From contig CAZGOG010000003.1 in assembly GCA_964527555.1 (NCBI GenBank), forward strand, positions 4,320-68,319: 64,000 bases of DNA, read 5' to 3'. The position numbers and the translations under genes were made by a program. Source of the stretch: an uncultured Planctomycetia bacterium. GTDB lineage: Bacteria > Omnitrophota > Gorgyraeia > Tantalellales > Tantalellaceae. How positions within the stretch are numbered: position 1 is the stretch's first letter; the number at the start of each line of letters is the position of its first letter. The notes beneath the pieces were generated by a model. That model had not been told where the DNA came from and did not search any database. It saw nothing but the letters and a program-made list of their open reading frames with translations. Below, in pieces: positions 63,153 to 64,000 of this stretch.

Positions 63153-64000
63153 ATGACAAAGTTTATAAAGAAAATGTCAAAAAAATCCGGTCTTGCCCCG
63201 GGGACGCTTGTCCACGTCGGAGAAAAGAGGACCGGGAAGGTCAGGATCAGTGTAATTGACTATGACCAGTCTTTCTGCGAGGAACGCAAGGTGGACAAGA
63301 TAGAAGATTGCTATGAGTATAAAGAGAAGGATACGATCACCTGGATAAATATAGACGGTGTCCATGATCTGGGTATAATCGAAAAAATAGGCAAGAAATT
63401 CGAACTGCATCCCTTGGTGCTGGAGGACATAGGCGACACTGCGCAAAGACCGCAGCTCGAGGATTTTCACGACCATATCTTTATCGTTTTAAAGATGCTT
63501 TATTACAATGCCAAAAAGGAAGAGATAATCGTGGAACAGGTAAGTATAATATTCGGTTCGAATTATGTGATATCTTTCCAGGAACAGGAGGGGGACGTTT
63601 TCGATTCGATAAGAGAGAGGTTAAGACAGGGAAAGGGGCGTGTGCGAAAGATGGGTGCGGATTATCTGGCGTATACCCTCATCGATGCTATAGTCGACAA
63701 TTATTTCCTTATACTCGAAAGTTTCGGAGAAGACCTTGAGAAAATCGAGGAGAATCTTGCGTCTAATCCGGGCCCCGATGTCCTTACGGTCATACACAGG
63801 TTGAAGAGGGATGCCATATTATTGCGCAAAGCGATCTGGCCGCTGCGTGAGATAATAAGCGGCCTCCAAAGAGTGGAATCTTCTCTAATAAAGGAGAACA
63901 CGTTGATTTACTTCAGGGACGTCTATGATCATACCATACAGGTTATAGACACGACCGAGGCTTTCCGTGACATGGTCTCGGGCATGCTTGATATCTACCT
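63153..64000 (+). CDS. corA: magnesium/cobalt transporter CorA, N-terminal cytoplasmic domain (3' truncated by window end)
   Basis: My own translation after AGGAGGG: MTKFIKK...TITWINIDGVHDLGIIEKIGKKFELHPLVLEDI, typical of the CorA N-terminus. The frame stays open to the window end. Confidence 0.88.
   Translation, partial: MTKFIKKMSKKSGLAPGTLVHVGEKRTGKVRISVIDYDQSFCEERKVDKIEDCYEYKEKDTITWINIDGVHDLGIIEKIGKKFELHPLVLEDIGDTAQRPQLEDFHDHIFIVLKMLYYNAKKEEIIVEQVSIIFGSNYVISFQEQEGDVFDSIRERLRQGKGRVRKMGADYLAYTLIDAIVDNYFLILESFGEDLEKIEENLASNPGPDVLTVIHRLKRDAILLRKAIWPLREIISGLQRVESSLIKENTLIYFRDVYDHTIQVIDTTEAFRDMVSGMLDIY

Noticed and set aside
63177-63476. - strand 99-aa ORF at the start of the last gene
   Set aside because: Antisense to the unambiguous CorA N-terminal domain (TITWINIDGVHDLGIIEKIGKKFELHPLVLEDI), which has a strong AGGAGGG Shine-Dalgarno.

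Overview
This 64-kb window comes from a Gram-negative-type bacterium of roughly 50% GC. It carries an LpxL-like lipid A acyltransferase, TolC, TonB/TonB-dependent receptor and heptose-pathway genes. It is probably from a poorly characterised lineage: ribosomal proteins carry unusual extensions, L30 is absent, S14 is type Z and LeuCD is type 2. All ~80 supported genes lie on the + strand; every long - strand ORF in the track is an antisense artefact. The layout, in order: (1) 1-11.4 kb, a ribosomal super-operon (end of rpsC, rplP-rpmC-rpsQ, spc operon rplN..rplO-secY-adk-map-infA-rpmJ, alpha operon rpsM-rpsK-rpsD-rpoA-rplQ) closed by a terminator. (2) 11.6-16.7 kb, mutS-mutL-nth. (3) 16.7-18.4 kb, a membrane-anchored retropepsin-like protease plus an SNase-like nuclease. 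(4) 18.6-28.1 kb, metabolism and envelope genes: aminotransferases, leuCD, lipB with a free-standing lipoyl-domain protein, MGDG-synthase-like GT, lpxL-like, GT2, pcm, and two membrane proteins. (5) 28.1-31.1 kb, a cobalamin riboswitch driving a btuB-like TonB-dependent receptor, then tonB. (6) 31.1-34.6 kb, a translationally coupled GNAT-like/GNAT-like/GH3 operon of unknown product. (7) 34.7-42.4 kb, an overlapping marR-tolC-RND-M16 peptidase operon. (8) 42.4-45.3 kb, a consensus promoter, a structured leader with a 26-aa ORF, then MEMO1, patatin and a UPF0104 membrane protein. (9) 45.3-49.2 kb, aroQ-pepP-efp-accB-accC. (10) 49.3-54.2 kb, amaP-like, gmhA, rfaE domain II, thiD2-like/thiE/thiC and a PfkB kinase. 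(11) tRNA-Gly(CCC) at 54.16 kb, followed by a highly structured non-coding stretch and an ATPase(DUF234-like)/metallophosphoesterase pair. (12) 56.8-64 kb, a CaCA antiporter, a dGTPase-like protein, an HD-GYP/GAF protein, small hypotheticals, a SPOR protein, a PGGKAA-repeat protein, a csaA-like gene and the 5' part of corA. No CRISPR array, IS element or integrase was seen. The most promising candidate novel systems are the GNAT/GNAT/GH3 operon with its adjacent efflux/M16 operon, and the tRNA-flanked ATPase-phosphoesterase module.
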